Positions 28,541-40,410 of a stretch of DNA of 64,000 nucleotides are shown here, piece after piece; position 1 is the stretch's first letter; each line of letters starts with the position of its first letter. Both the position numbers and the translations under genes were made by a program. The stretch is from Balanoglossus misakiensis (lineage: Eukaryota > Animalia > Hemichordata). Under the pieces are notes generated by a model. That model was not told where the DNA came from. It worked only from the letters and a program-made list of their open reading frames with translations, and did not search any database. The DNA lies in assembly GCA_040954595.2 (NCBI GenBank), contig CM082593.2:3365434-3429433 (forward strand), in the 5' to 3' direction.

Positions 28541-31500
28541 TTATGGATATGTCTCTACACCACCACCATCCTGCAAAGAGAAAAAAGACGTGTCTTCATC
28601 TTAGGGGACTAGGGATTCACAAATTTATACCAAGAAAATAATTGACTGGACACGCATGTCAAGAAGACATAACTAGCAACATTGAAGTTTCAACCGATAC
28701 TTATTTATGATGAGACAGATAAATCAGTACTTACGTTGGAGTCATAAACTGGATTTTTAAGAGAAAATTTGGACCAGGAACCATAATCCTCTTCTCTGAG
28801 ACGACCATAGCTATCCTGTTGCCTGTAATATGACCAAAATAATTTGAGCTTTCAAACGATCATTAACAAGATCATTGTTCCTTCAGGGTCTATGATAAGA
28901 ATGACAAACGTCATTGTTACTTTTTCCTAATATTATCTAGCTTTACTTTACCTCTTTCGTCTGTAAACGATGCATGCTCCAACCGCCACCCCGACCACTA
29001 TCAGAACCACTACAACAACAGCAATGATCACACTGGTTGGTAGTCCGCCAGCACCACCGCTGGTGGCGTTTTCCTCCGTCGTTGATGTAGTAGCTTCCGA
29101 GGAATTCCTTGTTATGCTGCTCGTCACGGATGTGGATGATTTTCCTGCCGTCGGCGTCGGTCCGGTGCTTGAAGACTTTGTCGTCGATGCCACGGTCGAA
29201 TATATTGGTGTCGGTGTTACGCTCGAAGATTTTGGTGTCGGTGTTTCGCTAGAAACTTTTGGTGTCGGTGTTGCGGTCGGTAACTTTTTCGTCGATGCTG
29301 CGGTCGAAGATTTAGTCGTCGGTGCCTTGCTCGGAGACTTTGACGGTGGCAGTGTTACGCTCGCAGACTTCGTTGGCGTCTCCGCTGTACCTGTCGTCGT
29401 CGCTGGTTGATTTGCAGCCGTGGTTTGTTCACTTTCAGTAGTCGCGACATCAGTAGCGTTAGTTGAAATTTGGGTTGTATTCATCATGTCGGTTGTTGCC
29501 ATGGTTGTTGCTAAGGTCGACTGGATGGTCGAGGGACTCGGTGCGTTGGTTGTGCTTTCCGACGTGGCTGTCGGTCCAGCTGCAGTCGTCTTCGGAGCGG
29601 CCTTAGTTGCAGTCGTTGGCGCACCTGCTTCGGTTGTCTCTGCTTTGGCTGTTGTTGCCATGGCATTTGTCGTCTGACTTTCAGACGTGGCAGATTCGGT
29701 TGTTTGCTGTGGTGTAGTCGGTTCGACGGTACTGGCCTCGTCCGTCGTGGCGTTCTCAGTGGTTTCGGCGGTCGTGGCGTTATCTAACGGGGCTGTTGTC
29801 AGAGTTTCTGTTGTCGACGAATTAGTTGCGGGTTCTGATGATGAAGTCGTGTTTGGTGACGGTGATAGTTCTTGGCCACCGGGGCGCGTCGGAGTTTTGG
29901 CTGTTGAAACATTTTTTGGCGTTGGCGTGGGGCTTGGCTCACCTGCAGCTGTTGAGGTAAAAATATCAAAATGTAGGCTATATACAAACAGTGGTTTTCT
30001 TTAAGTTCATATTGGCTACCTGTTGTCACCCCTCCGCTGTTCTCTAGAGAGCGTTTATCAAAGGTCCTCCACCAGTGCCGCCCTATTGGCCTTGGCCAAT
30101 CGGGCAGTTTCATTGGATGCGACATTCAGGGCGCTTCGTGAAATAAAGCAAATATTGAGCCTACGTTAAAATACGTGTTAGGAAACCACTGTCACTGATT
30201 GTTGGGAACTACAGAAACATATTCAGAATATTTGTATTTTTCACATATTTTCAGTCTGCAGTCTTCGCTTGGTATTACCTTGTCACGTTTTTTAACATAA
30301 CATGCTTCTGTTTCCTGATTTCCCCCGAAGGTGCCCCGGCACAGCCGATTATGAAATTTCCGCGTGGCTCGATTACAAGTACATGTAAGTAGTTTGCATT
30401 TCGAGGTAACCCTTATCCAAACATAACATGATTTGCGGACATCCTGGATATTCTGCTATGCATACTTTGGTATTGTCCCTACCCCCATTTCGACAGTCTG
30501 CAGCAGCGAGGGCAGGGGACCAGATATGACGTGGTACTTGTTAGTTCGCGCGATTCAGGGGCGCACCCAGCCCAACCGACCTTTGATTTTGCCTACGACT
30601 TTTGACCTTCTTTTGCCGTGCTTCTTCGTATTTATTCGCGTTTGTATAGATTGTTTTGTTCCGCATTTTTATTGTTTTGACCTTTGCTTCTGAACACTGC
30701 ACACGTGCAAATCATCCGTCGCACTGAGACATTCAAATTTTTGCGTTTTGGTCGACGTTGAATAGAAACATGCATTGCGATATTAACGGTTTATCAACGT
30801 GGCCTACTTACAATGAAGACCCTCCCACTTTCGTTTTCGTGTCAGTGATAGCCTCGTTGTTTAAACGATGTTCTTCCCCAAACCATAAATTAAAACGCGT
30901 TGTCAAATGCAGCGTTAGATATGACTCACGCTTCCTTCGCATTTTCCAGCATAGGGAACTCATAAACTCATTTCGAGGATTTTGTCTCGTTTATTCTCGG
31001 CTGTGTCTGTCATTGGTTTTTCATGGGTGTATCTCAAAGCAATGTTATGTATTAGTCTTGGATTTGTTTTATATTTGATCACCACAAAACTCGATATTGT
31101 ATATTATAAAAACGTAGACTTTGACATGTCTGTATAGAAAACGATTGAACCGATGATTATGATGAAAATCCTTTATCGATCGCACAGTTTCCTGGAAATC
31201 GTCCGCTCGGTGACGTCATTCATGTCGACGTAATACCCACGGCGGTATAGTAATTTCGCATTTATTTCCCAAGAGTGCTTGTGGCTTCTTCGGTATATTG
31301 AAACGTTCTAATGGACGCTATTGATATCTTTCGTTCAGTGTCTGTCATTGTCAGTGACTATGTTTGTCGTGTATACAAGCCCCCGTCAGATCAGCTGGCT
31401 GTCTTGTGACCCGAACGAGTAGGCGTTCGAATCATGTTTCGCAACGTCAACGTGGGAAGACGTCCCATTTACAGTCTTCCAGAAACAGACATAAAAGCGT

Positions 31501-32439
31501 ATATATATCCTGCCCTGTTTTGAACTATCAGCTGATATTTAATATCTAACTATTTCTCAAGAATTCACTAAAATGATATGGTCATATCACTCGAGATAAT
31601 TAAATTGCGTGCGTGTCTCGGTACAGCCACTTTGGTTAATATTTACCAAGACCGGGAACACACATATATAACGTCGTTATTAAAATTAAGCTTCCGGTCG
31701 AGATTTTTTGGACAACAGTCAGGCCTAGACATATATCACGGTTGCTACCGGTCCGACCCGCGTTACGTAACACTTAACGTGGTGACTCAGGAACTCGTGT
31801 TATGCAACTTTTTACCGGTAAAACAAAACACGCCCACCCCGACTGTGGTTACACCGGCCCACCGTGGTCGTTTTTGGCCGATATTTAACTTACCCGAAAC
31901 AATGGTGTTTGGTGTGTACACAGCTGTTTTGGTACACGCTGTATTCTCGTGAAGAAGTTGTAAATTCATCGTAAACTGTCGAGGAGTTTCATATTAACAG
32001 TAGTGTACGTTTCCGAAATTAACATACAATGAAATCGGATTATACGGTACGGGAAACGGAAGAAGCCGCCGCAGTGAAATGAACACAAGAAGTAATATTC
32101 ACACGTTTCATTTATAGGAAAGATCAGACTTATTGTAGAGTCATACCCGCCAAGTGGGTTCTAGCATGGAGGTACTAGTACCTCCATGGTTCTAGCCACG
32201 AATTAGGTCACGTAATCAGTGTGTTTTGAAGGTTTGAGATCACGCATTTCGGACTGACGCAGAAGAAAGGCGCCTGGTACATGTACGTGCATTGACACGG
32301 AATCACTTGACCAGTGGTGGCTGGATAGGTGGGCACTGGCGGGTACGGTCGGGTCAGTTGACTTACCTGTTGTTGAGCAAGAAACAAGGAGGACGAAACA
32401 CGCGATCAGTCGCGCGGTTTTCCTCACAGTCGGAGCCAT
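28541..32439 (-). CDS. PARM1: Type I membrane mucin-like protein, PARM1-like, 4 exons
   Basis: Exon 32439-32367 encodes a signal peptide (MAPTVRKTARLIACFVLLVSCSTT). Exon 29942-28952 encodes a Thr/Ser/Pro-rich ectodomain, a TM helix and YRRKR. Exon 28822-28735 encodes QQDSYGRLREEDYGSWSKFSLKNPVYDSN. Exon 28570-28541 encodes DGGGVETYP*. All splice phases match. The tail resembles the recalled vertebrate PARM1 tail (SYGRL..DYGSW..NPxYD). The gene structure is well supported; the symbol depends on recalled similarity. Confidence 0.8.
32158..32195. mobile_element. 24-bp perfect palindrome with 7-bp TSD (candidate DNA-transposon footprint)
   Basis: GTTCTAG | CATGGAGGTACTAGTACCTCCATG | GTTCTAG. Confidence 0.8.
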
Positions 32440-32559
32440 GTTGGCTTCCTTGTGTTGATGGATCGAATTTCAGCGAACACCGGGAAATTGTAATTCAGCG
32501 ACGCGTTTGCGGCTTTGTAGTCACCCGAGTGACTTGAAAGCTTATGTAAATCAGCTGGG

Positions 32560-32567
32560 TGACGTCA
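32560..32567. promoter_or_regulatory. CRE palindrome in the PARM1-like proximal promoter
   Basis: TGACGTCA about 120 bp upstream of the ATG at 32439; a second copy lies in intron 1 at 31211-31218. Confidence 0.45.
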
Positions 32568-34098
32568 GCGTACCGGACTTGCCAGTGTGTGTCATCGCAG
32601 ATTTCTAGGGTCATTCCGTGACATATTAGCATAGCAAGGTCGCGATGAGGCCACCACATTCTGAAATCACCTGGCAACCTCAAGTGAGGAGAGCAAGAGC
32701 ATTCATACCACATGTCATCGGGTTATCCTATGATGAATAATTTTGCTAGAGTGTTTAGAAATAGACGGTTGGGCATGTATAGGGAGGGGCCGGGGAGGGG
32801 GAGATCCCTGGTCAGTATTTTAATTTTATCCTAAACCTTGCAAGTAGCAACCGACACGGTGTGTCTTCTTGTCTGCTGGGCAGGGCAGTTTCCTCATTGT
32901 CAGTACGTACAATATGTACGGACCACATAAAAGATTGCGAAATTAATCAGCTTGGCATCTGTTCTTTGCACTTTCTGTCATTCACCATTCTCTTCATGCT
33001 TCGTTGGCACTTGGCAGGAAGAGCAGATTGCCTTTTACATTCGTCATTTTGTTACAGCGCCGCTTAAGTCAGTATTTGTCAAGCCAAGCAAAAATCTTCA
33101 GGTAGTTTGCAGCCTGCACACGAGGGCGCTCTCTGACCATATCAATGCATGCCTCATCCGAATCTCTCGAATCAAAGTACGTGTATCTAAAACATGAATC
33201 ATACTATTATGTACCTCCATTTTCTTATAAAATACTTGTCAATGTCAAACTGATATATATATATACCAACTATAATTAAGTACATTTATGGTGTCGTATG
33301 GCTACGGACCCGCAGAAATCCTTCCAGTTGCCGTAACCCTAGAAAAAATCCAATTTGGACACGCCATGATTTTTAGTTCGCGATCAGCTTTCACAAATGA
33401 CCACTCGCGGTATTAAGTGTAGCATTTTATGCCATCTCACGTTCAAATGGGAATTTTCCATTTGCGATGCACTCTCGGTAAGTGCGTCTCCATCTGTAAC
33501 TAACCGTGACGCGTCGGAGTTGATATTACCCGAGATAACGGGGTTCGGTTTTCACCGGAAAATGGTCTGCCCCTTTTACGGACGCCATAGCTCGTGGCAA
33601 TTCATTGAAAAGGGCACGAAACGAAACACTGCGACCCCCTGCATACCATTCAAATTGACAGTGACACATGACACTGTCAGAAATTCTCGTTGACCGCATT
33701 CGTCAAAATCGACAAACAAGTTGGAGATTTATTTATTCATCGTAAATAGGTACATGATACCCAACATATCCACGGAGACACGTGGCTAAAATTATAGAAT
33801 TGTGAAAACAGCGAGATGTCAGAAGCTCCTCAAATTTACAAAACTCTTCATCAAACATACACACTGCAAATAGCTCAGCACGCTAGGAGGTACTAGTATG
33901 CAAGAGGCCTTGGTGACCAGCACCTAAAATGATCAAATCTATTTTAAAGAGTAAAGACACTTTTCGTTGAGATTTTAAAAAGTGACAAAATATATACAAA
34001 GTACAACATAATTCAAAATCAACAGGTGGTTGTGTATTAAAGGATTTTTGCGACCTTTGGTCCGACATTATTAAAACTCACAAATACAGCGATTTTCT

Positions 34099-35229
34099 TT
34101 ACAGGATATTAATTGTGAGATTCCTCATCTCATCTTCGCTGTGTAAAAGTTTGTATCTCACTGCCCTCATTGGTTTAGAGCAGAATCCTTGAATAATTTT
34201 GACGTCACTGAACGCCAGCCTCGTTCGCCACGCCTGCGAAGCGGCGGTTGAGTTTCTCTGCGTGTTCATATTGTTCATTGTGATTGCGTCCTCCTTCGTG
34301 TTCTTGTTAATCCAGAGTCTGACCGACTTTGAGAAGGGCAAGCCCAGGTATCTGTAAATTGCCTTGGCGGTTTGGAGCGGGTCCCTGGCCGCGTCTTCGT
34401 ACCGGAGAATCTTATATCGGCCTTTCATCCACTCCGGCAAGTTCGTACTGAAATACGTAAGATTCGACATCCACTGGCAGTATTGTTTCAGACTATCCGT
34501 CAATCCGAGCTTATCGATGGACCTATTCTCCCAGCTTCTGTAGAGCGCCTTTCTGGAGTGAGCGACGCCTCTTGGGTCGCGAACGAGGTGGATAATCTTC
34601 AAATTTAACCCTTGCTCGACAACCAATGGTTTCAGTAGTTCTATGTCGTCCAGGCGTATGACTTTCATGGCGATGTGGTCGCGAGACTTGCAGCTCTCGG
34701 AAAAGTCAGCTGCCGAGGTCTGGTCACATCCGCCGTGCATACGACACGTTGTTTTTATGGCCTTACTCTCGTACACCGCGTACTCCCAATGTCGCACGTG
34801 GTGGACGTAATATGTAGGGAAACGACAATTGAACAGGTTGTCAATAAGTTCAGATTTAGTAGAAGCTTCCAAGTCCTCGCTTATAAGGTTCCCATGCACG
34901 ACGTCGAAAACGAGCCTCAGCGGCTCAAACATGTAAAAAATGGCTGGGTTTTGATTGAGCATCTCGCCAATGAAAGTCGAGCCCGTCCGAAAAGCACCGA
35001 CGAGTATAATCCGAAGTCCATTCGGCTGTTTAGGCACATGACTGGTATTGTCAGACGCTCTCTGCGTCTCGCCTATGTCCTGTTGTACTGATCGTCGATT
35101 CTCAACCTCAGTGAAGTCGCTCGGTTTTGGTTGTCGAGACGCGGTGTAAATAATCTGGTAACCATGGTAAACCATAATGTTGAAAACAGCCATAAAAAGT
35201 AGCACGAATCCTATGAACAGTCTTCTCAT
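34099..35229 (-). CDS. Golgi carbohydrate 6-O-sulfotransferase (CHST1/CHST3-like family), single coding exon, 376 aa
   Basis: N-terminal type II TM anchor; 5'-PSB motif FRTGSTFIGEML followed by FYMFEP; 3'-PB motif IHLVRDPRGVAHSR; LRYED; T.RNS..AWR. A splice acceptor near 35253 implies an upstream non-coding exon. Confidence 0.93.
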   Translation of the reverse strand: MRRLFIGFVLLFMAVFNIMVYHGYQIIYTASRQPKPSDFTEVENRRSVQQDIGETQRASDNTSHVPKQPNGLRIILVGAFRTGSTFIGEMLNQNPAIFYMFEPLRLVFDVVHGNLISEDLEASTKSELIDNLFNCRFPTYYVHHVRHWEYAVYESKAIKTTCRMHGGCDQTSAADFSESCKSRDHIAMKVIRLDDIELLKPLVVEQGLNLKIIHLVRDPRGVAHSRKALYRSWENRSIDKLGLTDSLKQYCQWMSNLTYFSTNLPEWMKGRYKILRYEDAARDPLQTAKAIYRYLGLPFSKSVRLWINKNTKEDAITMNNMNTQRNSTAASQAWRTRLAFSDVKIIQGFCSKPMRAVRYKLLHSEDEMRNLTINIL

Positions 35230-38200
35230 TCTTCCACGAATTTTACAAAAATCTGAACAAGAGAAAAAAATACTTGTAAGTTTAGAAACGCGTTATCCAA
35301 CGAATATAGTTCTGTTAAAACAAAGTTTATGGGATACATGTATATTGATTTACCCGGGTCATGACAATGTTTCTATAATATTACCACAACTTATCCCCAT
35401 AACATCGGTCTTATCTTAATGTGTAATATGCCATTAATTCAAAATATTCGTGTTTTTCCCGTTGTATTGTCTACCCGACTGTCTGGTGGCCTACATACGT
35501 GCAATTACTCAAACCATTGTTTCGTCGTTAAAATTCATCGATAAAAACATGGCGTAGACCAGATGTATTGCCTAACACTAATAACCCACTATTGTAATAT
35601 CAATCGGCTCACATCACTAATGATGATATCCCCGATGTCTGTCTACAAAATCAATTTCCATCTGTCGTTGAATTTATTGCGCTAAATTGTCTCTCACTCT
35701 ACGGGGTCATTTTGGGAAAACCACAGCATTAGCAGATGCATTATCTACTATCTGCCCGTCTGGTTGTTGTAAATTTACCTCACAGGTTTTGCCATGTGGT
35801 ACGCCTGCTTCGATGTCAGTCCCTTATTGTTTTAAGGCAGTTACCAAGCCTCCATTCCCATGTCCATACACAACTTGAAAGAGGTCGATTTTTCATATAT
35901 CTGTCTCCCTCTGCCTGTCGCCCCTCCCCGCCCTCCTCCGTGAGCACTGGAAAATTCATATGAGGTGTTGTACATGTATAACGACGCAGAGCTTTGCCCT
36001 TTCACCGACTCTGAATAGCAAGCGTCAGTACACAAAAATACTCCATTTGGGAGGCAAATCGACACGATCGCGTTGCAAAGTTTGCATTTTCTCATAAAGG
36101 GCTCTGTATATATTCAAACAACAGTAGCTCTCGCTCAACAGTGATCTTTTGTTGACAGTTTACTTTGCGTGTCATGAAACCATCGCTACGACTGTGTTTG
36201 CGTTACTCAATATCACACCCGGCGACGCTTTTGTGACCTGCCTCCAGCTCACATGTACGCTGAAAATTGTAGGTCGTAAATGAAGAATTTGCATTAGAAA
36301 ATTTTCCTACCCTGTTATAAATAGAAACGGAATTCCTTTAAAATGTGTTAAAATGCTGAGCTGTCGGAGCGAAAATGGAGACCAGGTGTGATAAGTATTC
36401 CTAGAGAGAATCGAAAAGATTTGAAAATCGTGTAAAGGTAGTAATATTACCGTGACAGTAAAGGGGTGAGGTGTCCTCCTCCATTCGAGTTACACGCGAA
36501 GACTCATAATACATTTACGTCACTCAATTGATACACTGAGAATGGTTTTATTTGCATATTAATAGTCATTATTTCATTATTTCATTACACGGCACGGGTC
36601 GTTTGTTTAAACAACTGGTGATTCATTCACTGAAAGCGGCGAGCTTTTCGTTACGAGTGCAGGGCTGCGTTGCACTCTGTCGTTACCATTTTGAGAAGGG
36701 GGGGGGGAGGGAGAGAAGAAATCGGCCACTATTGTTCTACAAATTGGTGTGTAATCATGATCAAAATCGTGATGAAATAAATCTGCACTTTAGATACCAG
36801 GTGTATCTCATTCTCGGGGTTGATTTGGATTGTTCTCCTAAATATCTTAGACCATGGACGTCCATGCTTAGACCCACGTTCAAAATCCGAAGTATTCTTG
36901 AATCCCCTTGAAAAGCTATAATTTTGTCCAAACACGTGATAGAAACCCTAACAGACTGACCTCTCCCCTGTGTTGGGACTAAATTGGCGCAACTGCATCT
37001 TATTTCGACAGAAACATGTAAAACCGTCTCGGCGTGCGAAGCTATTCAATTTTCAGTGGCATGCAACCGTGACTGTTACAGTAGACATTTTTAAGTGGCG
37101 GCTGGCCGGGGTCATACGAGACTATGTCTGCAATCGTAGCCCTGGGGCACTGACACAGGCAAGCGCCCACTCATAGAAAGAAACAATTACTGTAAAATTG
37201 AAATATATTGACATATACTCCCGCATAACAAATACTTGTATTTCTACGAAGAAATTGTCAATGATTTGATCCACTTCAAGAAGTGGATTTTCGAGTAGAA
37301 ACTGAGAAAAACCAATAAACGGATCTCGTAGTGAATTACATTTTGTGAATTAGGCATGCTGACTCATACTCTGGACTTTATGAATGAATTACAGCCAAAC
37401 CACTAACGTCTGCATCGGTGATGTCATCCCACTCTTTTGCAGGGCCTGCGCTGTAAATTAAGGCTCTCTCCCGTCGCCATGGTTACCTTCTTTGGTATCT
37501 GCGGGATCCAAGGTCGCTGCGGCTATCTTTCAGTTATAATGCCGTTCTGTTCGTGGTGGTGTTTGTGAAGAAAATGCGTCACCTGTCTCGTTGGCGCTGT
37601 GGAAATCTCCTATGCGAGTCAGGCCATTTTTTTCCACCGGAACATACGCACTCGAGAAAATGCGTTTTGAGTTCCGTCCCTCTTAATGTACCAGTGACAT
37701 CGCGTACTACAGTCGCGACCACGACCCGGAGATAAGTGATTAGACGCAAATCGTGCATTCGTCAGAAAAAGGGATGTTTGCAACCCTAGGTCATTCTGGG
37801 GTACCAAACTGGAGACATACATCCTGAATCCACGTTACGAACATAACGATTGCCCCACCACTAAAGCGTGGCCCAATTCGACTGTAACAAGTTTATCCTT
37901 GCGCGATTTGGAATTCTAAACTAATTCTACTCGGCGTGTGGTTTCAATAACACTACCACTAGGCCAACTACTGTACTAGTCCTGTAGAAAAGTCCGAACT
38001 AATCACCTGCAATGGAAGTTTCATATCAGAGGTGTTTACAATCCTTCCGATCGGACAAACAGGGTCTAATCCCGTTCGAAAGTCTCAAGTGTTTCTGTGT
38101 AACGGGGGCTTAATCGACGTTTGCACAGCAAACACGGCTGTAAAGGTGATTGGCATGCGTACCTGAACGTCCACAGCTAGGGCTTCACGCGCCACACAGC

Positions 38201-38924
38201 ACCGTCAGTCCTGGTCAGACATGGTATAACAGCCAAATTCGGGAGAAAACACGTCATCCACGGCCAACAACCGTCCGCGTTTTTGTGTCCGACGCTCTGT
38301 CTGACCGCCACGGACACTGTGGACACAAAAGGCTGACCCTTCACCGGTTCACCTCGGGCAAAAACAGTCCATAATTGCGCCTGAACGAGCACGGCATTGT
38401 AACTGATTGTATGGTATGCTGAAAGCACTTGAAAAGCCTGCTTTCCTGTGTGTTGGCAGCGATATGTGCTCAGCTGATTGGACGCTTGACAAAGACCCAT
38501 TCAAAGCATGCGCCCACTCCACTATGTCAACAAGGGCTCAGCATGCTCGTCTCTTTGGGTAACCGAAATATTGGACCCCTAAATTGAAATCACCGGGGCT
38601 TTTGCTCAGTCGTTTCCACACAGGTCTTATTGTATTTTCAAAATCGACGGGAAAATTGCAATTTTCATTGATTGGTGAAAACGGAATTCACCTCGGTTAT
38701 TTGTGAAGAAATTACATTTTAATAACAAAAAACGTATAAGTAAAATCCAATTCCCAGCTATATTGATATATGTGATAATTCACAGAGTTAAGGAATGGCA
38801 GGTTAATTAAAGACCATCACGACTTTCACTAGACCAAATGACCCAAAACACAGAAACATTTAGAAACAGTTCGCTATATTATTAAGTCGTGGCGTGTATA
38901 CCTGCATGCAAGGAATTCCAGTCG

Positions 38925-38971
38925 TGTTAATCATAGACAGTCGTTTTGATCATAGAAGTCTATGTTTTAAT
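38925..38971. mobile_element. 33-bp CATAGAC...GTCTATG insertion with an imperfect 7-bp TSD
   Basis: TGTTAAT | CATAGACAGTCGTTTTGATCATAGAAGTCTATG | TTTTAAT. Confidence 0.6.
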
Positions 38972-40269
38972 TAACACCGCACCTATGTAACAGACACGCC
39001 TGTTAATTAATCCCGTTTGTAGGTGTCAAGCATGCGCATCTCTGTGAAACTGCAGATCGCCGCAACTTGCAAGGACATCGTGCGGCGACTAAATTGATTT
39101 AAATCTGTCATCACTTAATGCGTCCTTCGAAACCCCAAAATGTAAATTTAGACGTCTGGAACCTGGGCGTCGTATATGTTGTCTGTACGGACTTGTCAGC
39201 AACGAATCAAACACATACTTAAATTTTAAATACCTTAGCATGATGATAAGCATCGTCGACTAAACGTACGACCGGTGATATTTTAAGCAAATTCATTACC
39301 TTTTGTTAAATTCAGCATATGTAAACCATCCCCTCCAGGTTGTACACACTGCTATCTCTGAGATCGCTCACAACCGACTGGCCTCTATCTCGGAGCTTGA
39401 CGCCAGCGCTGAAGGAGTATATGTACAGTAACATCTATAAACATTGCTAAACCCGACCAATTCCGCGATTCTGTCCACGCACATGTCTAGTCATGTTACC
39501 GTACTTATAGGAATATAGTACTACATGTACACGCCTCATCACTCAGTAGCGATCTGAAATCGTCACAGTCACCAGGGCGAAATTGCCATCGACAACGCAG
39601 GTGCCAAATCGGCATACCGAAGCAGACACACAACGCCAGAATTCGTGGCGGTGATTTACTCGGCATCAGGTCATGCGGAAAGCTTTAATATGAATGGATT
39701 TTCCCTTCTGCCGAGCGATATCCGACTTTAATGTGGTGCGGGCTTATGTTTAGATCGCCTGTGACTATTCCAATATTGTTCCGACGCCATGTTAATTGTC
39801 GGAAAATACAATCAAACTGAAATCAAAGTACATGTAACGATCAACGATGCCGATTGTCTGCGGAGCACACGGTATTTTTTTTCTGTGAATTACATAGAAA
39901 CTGTCAAAAGTCAAACGTATATGACTAGTGTATTAGAGCCGCCGTTATTAACATGAACTGTGTACAACATAAATCATACAGCTATAGGGTACAGTCACGC
40001 CGTTAGCGAGTAATTTGACATTAATCATTTCTGATAAATAGTGAACTATGGAAAAAATGCTGCGAGTTTTAGGATCACGTGACCCTTCCCTGTCCGTTAA
40101 TATTCGATTCTATCAGTCGTGATTTGCATTTTAATTGAGTTCAAACAGAAGTAGCAGACGACGTTTGTAATTTTGTTTAAACAAGTCCGTATATAATATG
40201 GGCGATTTTGTTCAATGCTAGAAGATCTGTCATACACATAAAATTGTGGTTTTTTTCTGTTGTTTTCTG

Positions 40270-40310
40270 TGATGAAGACGATGATGAAGGTGTTGGTGTT
40301 GGTGTTGTTG

Positions 40311-40342
<32 letters not shown>

Positions 40343-40410
40343 GGCGGCGGCGGCGGCGAGGGTGGTGGTGGTGTTGGTTTTGGTTTTGGTGGTTGTGGTG
40401 GTGGTGGTGA
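40270..40410. repeat. Compound trinucleotide microsatellite (GAT/GTT/GGT/GGC)
   Basis: Directly visible; produces the poly-V/G/T/H ORFs seen in several frames. Confidence 0.95.

Noticed and set aside
28970-30004. Plus-strand Val-rich ORFs
   Set aside because: Antisense shadow of the Thr-rich mucin exon.
33886-33898. GGAGGTACTAGTA, matching part of the 32165 palindrome
   Set aside because: Only a 13-bp partial match with no second arm or TSD.
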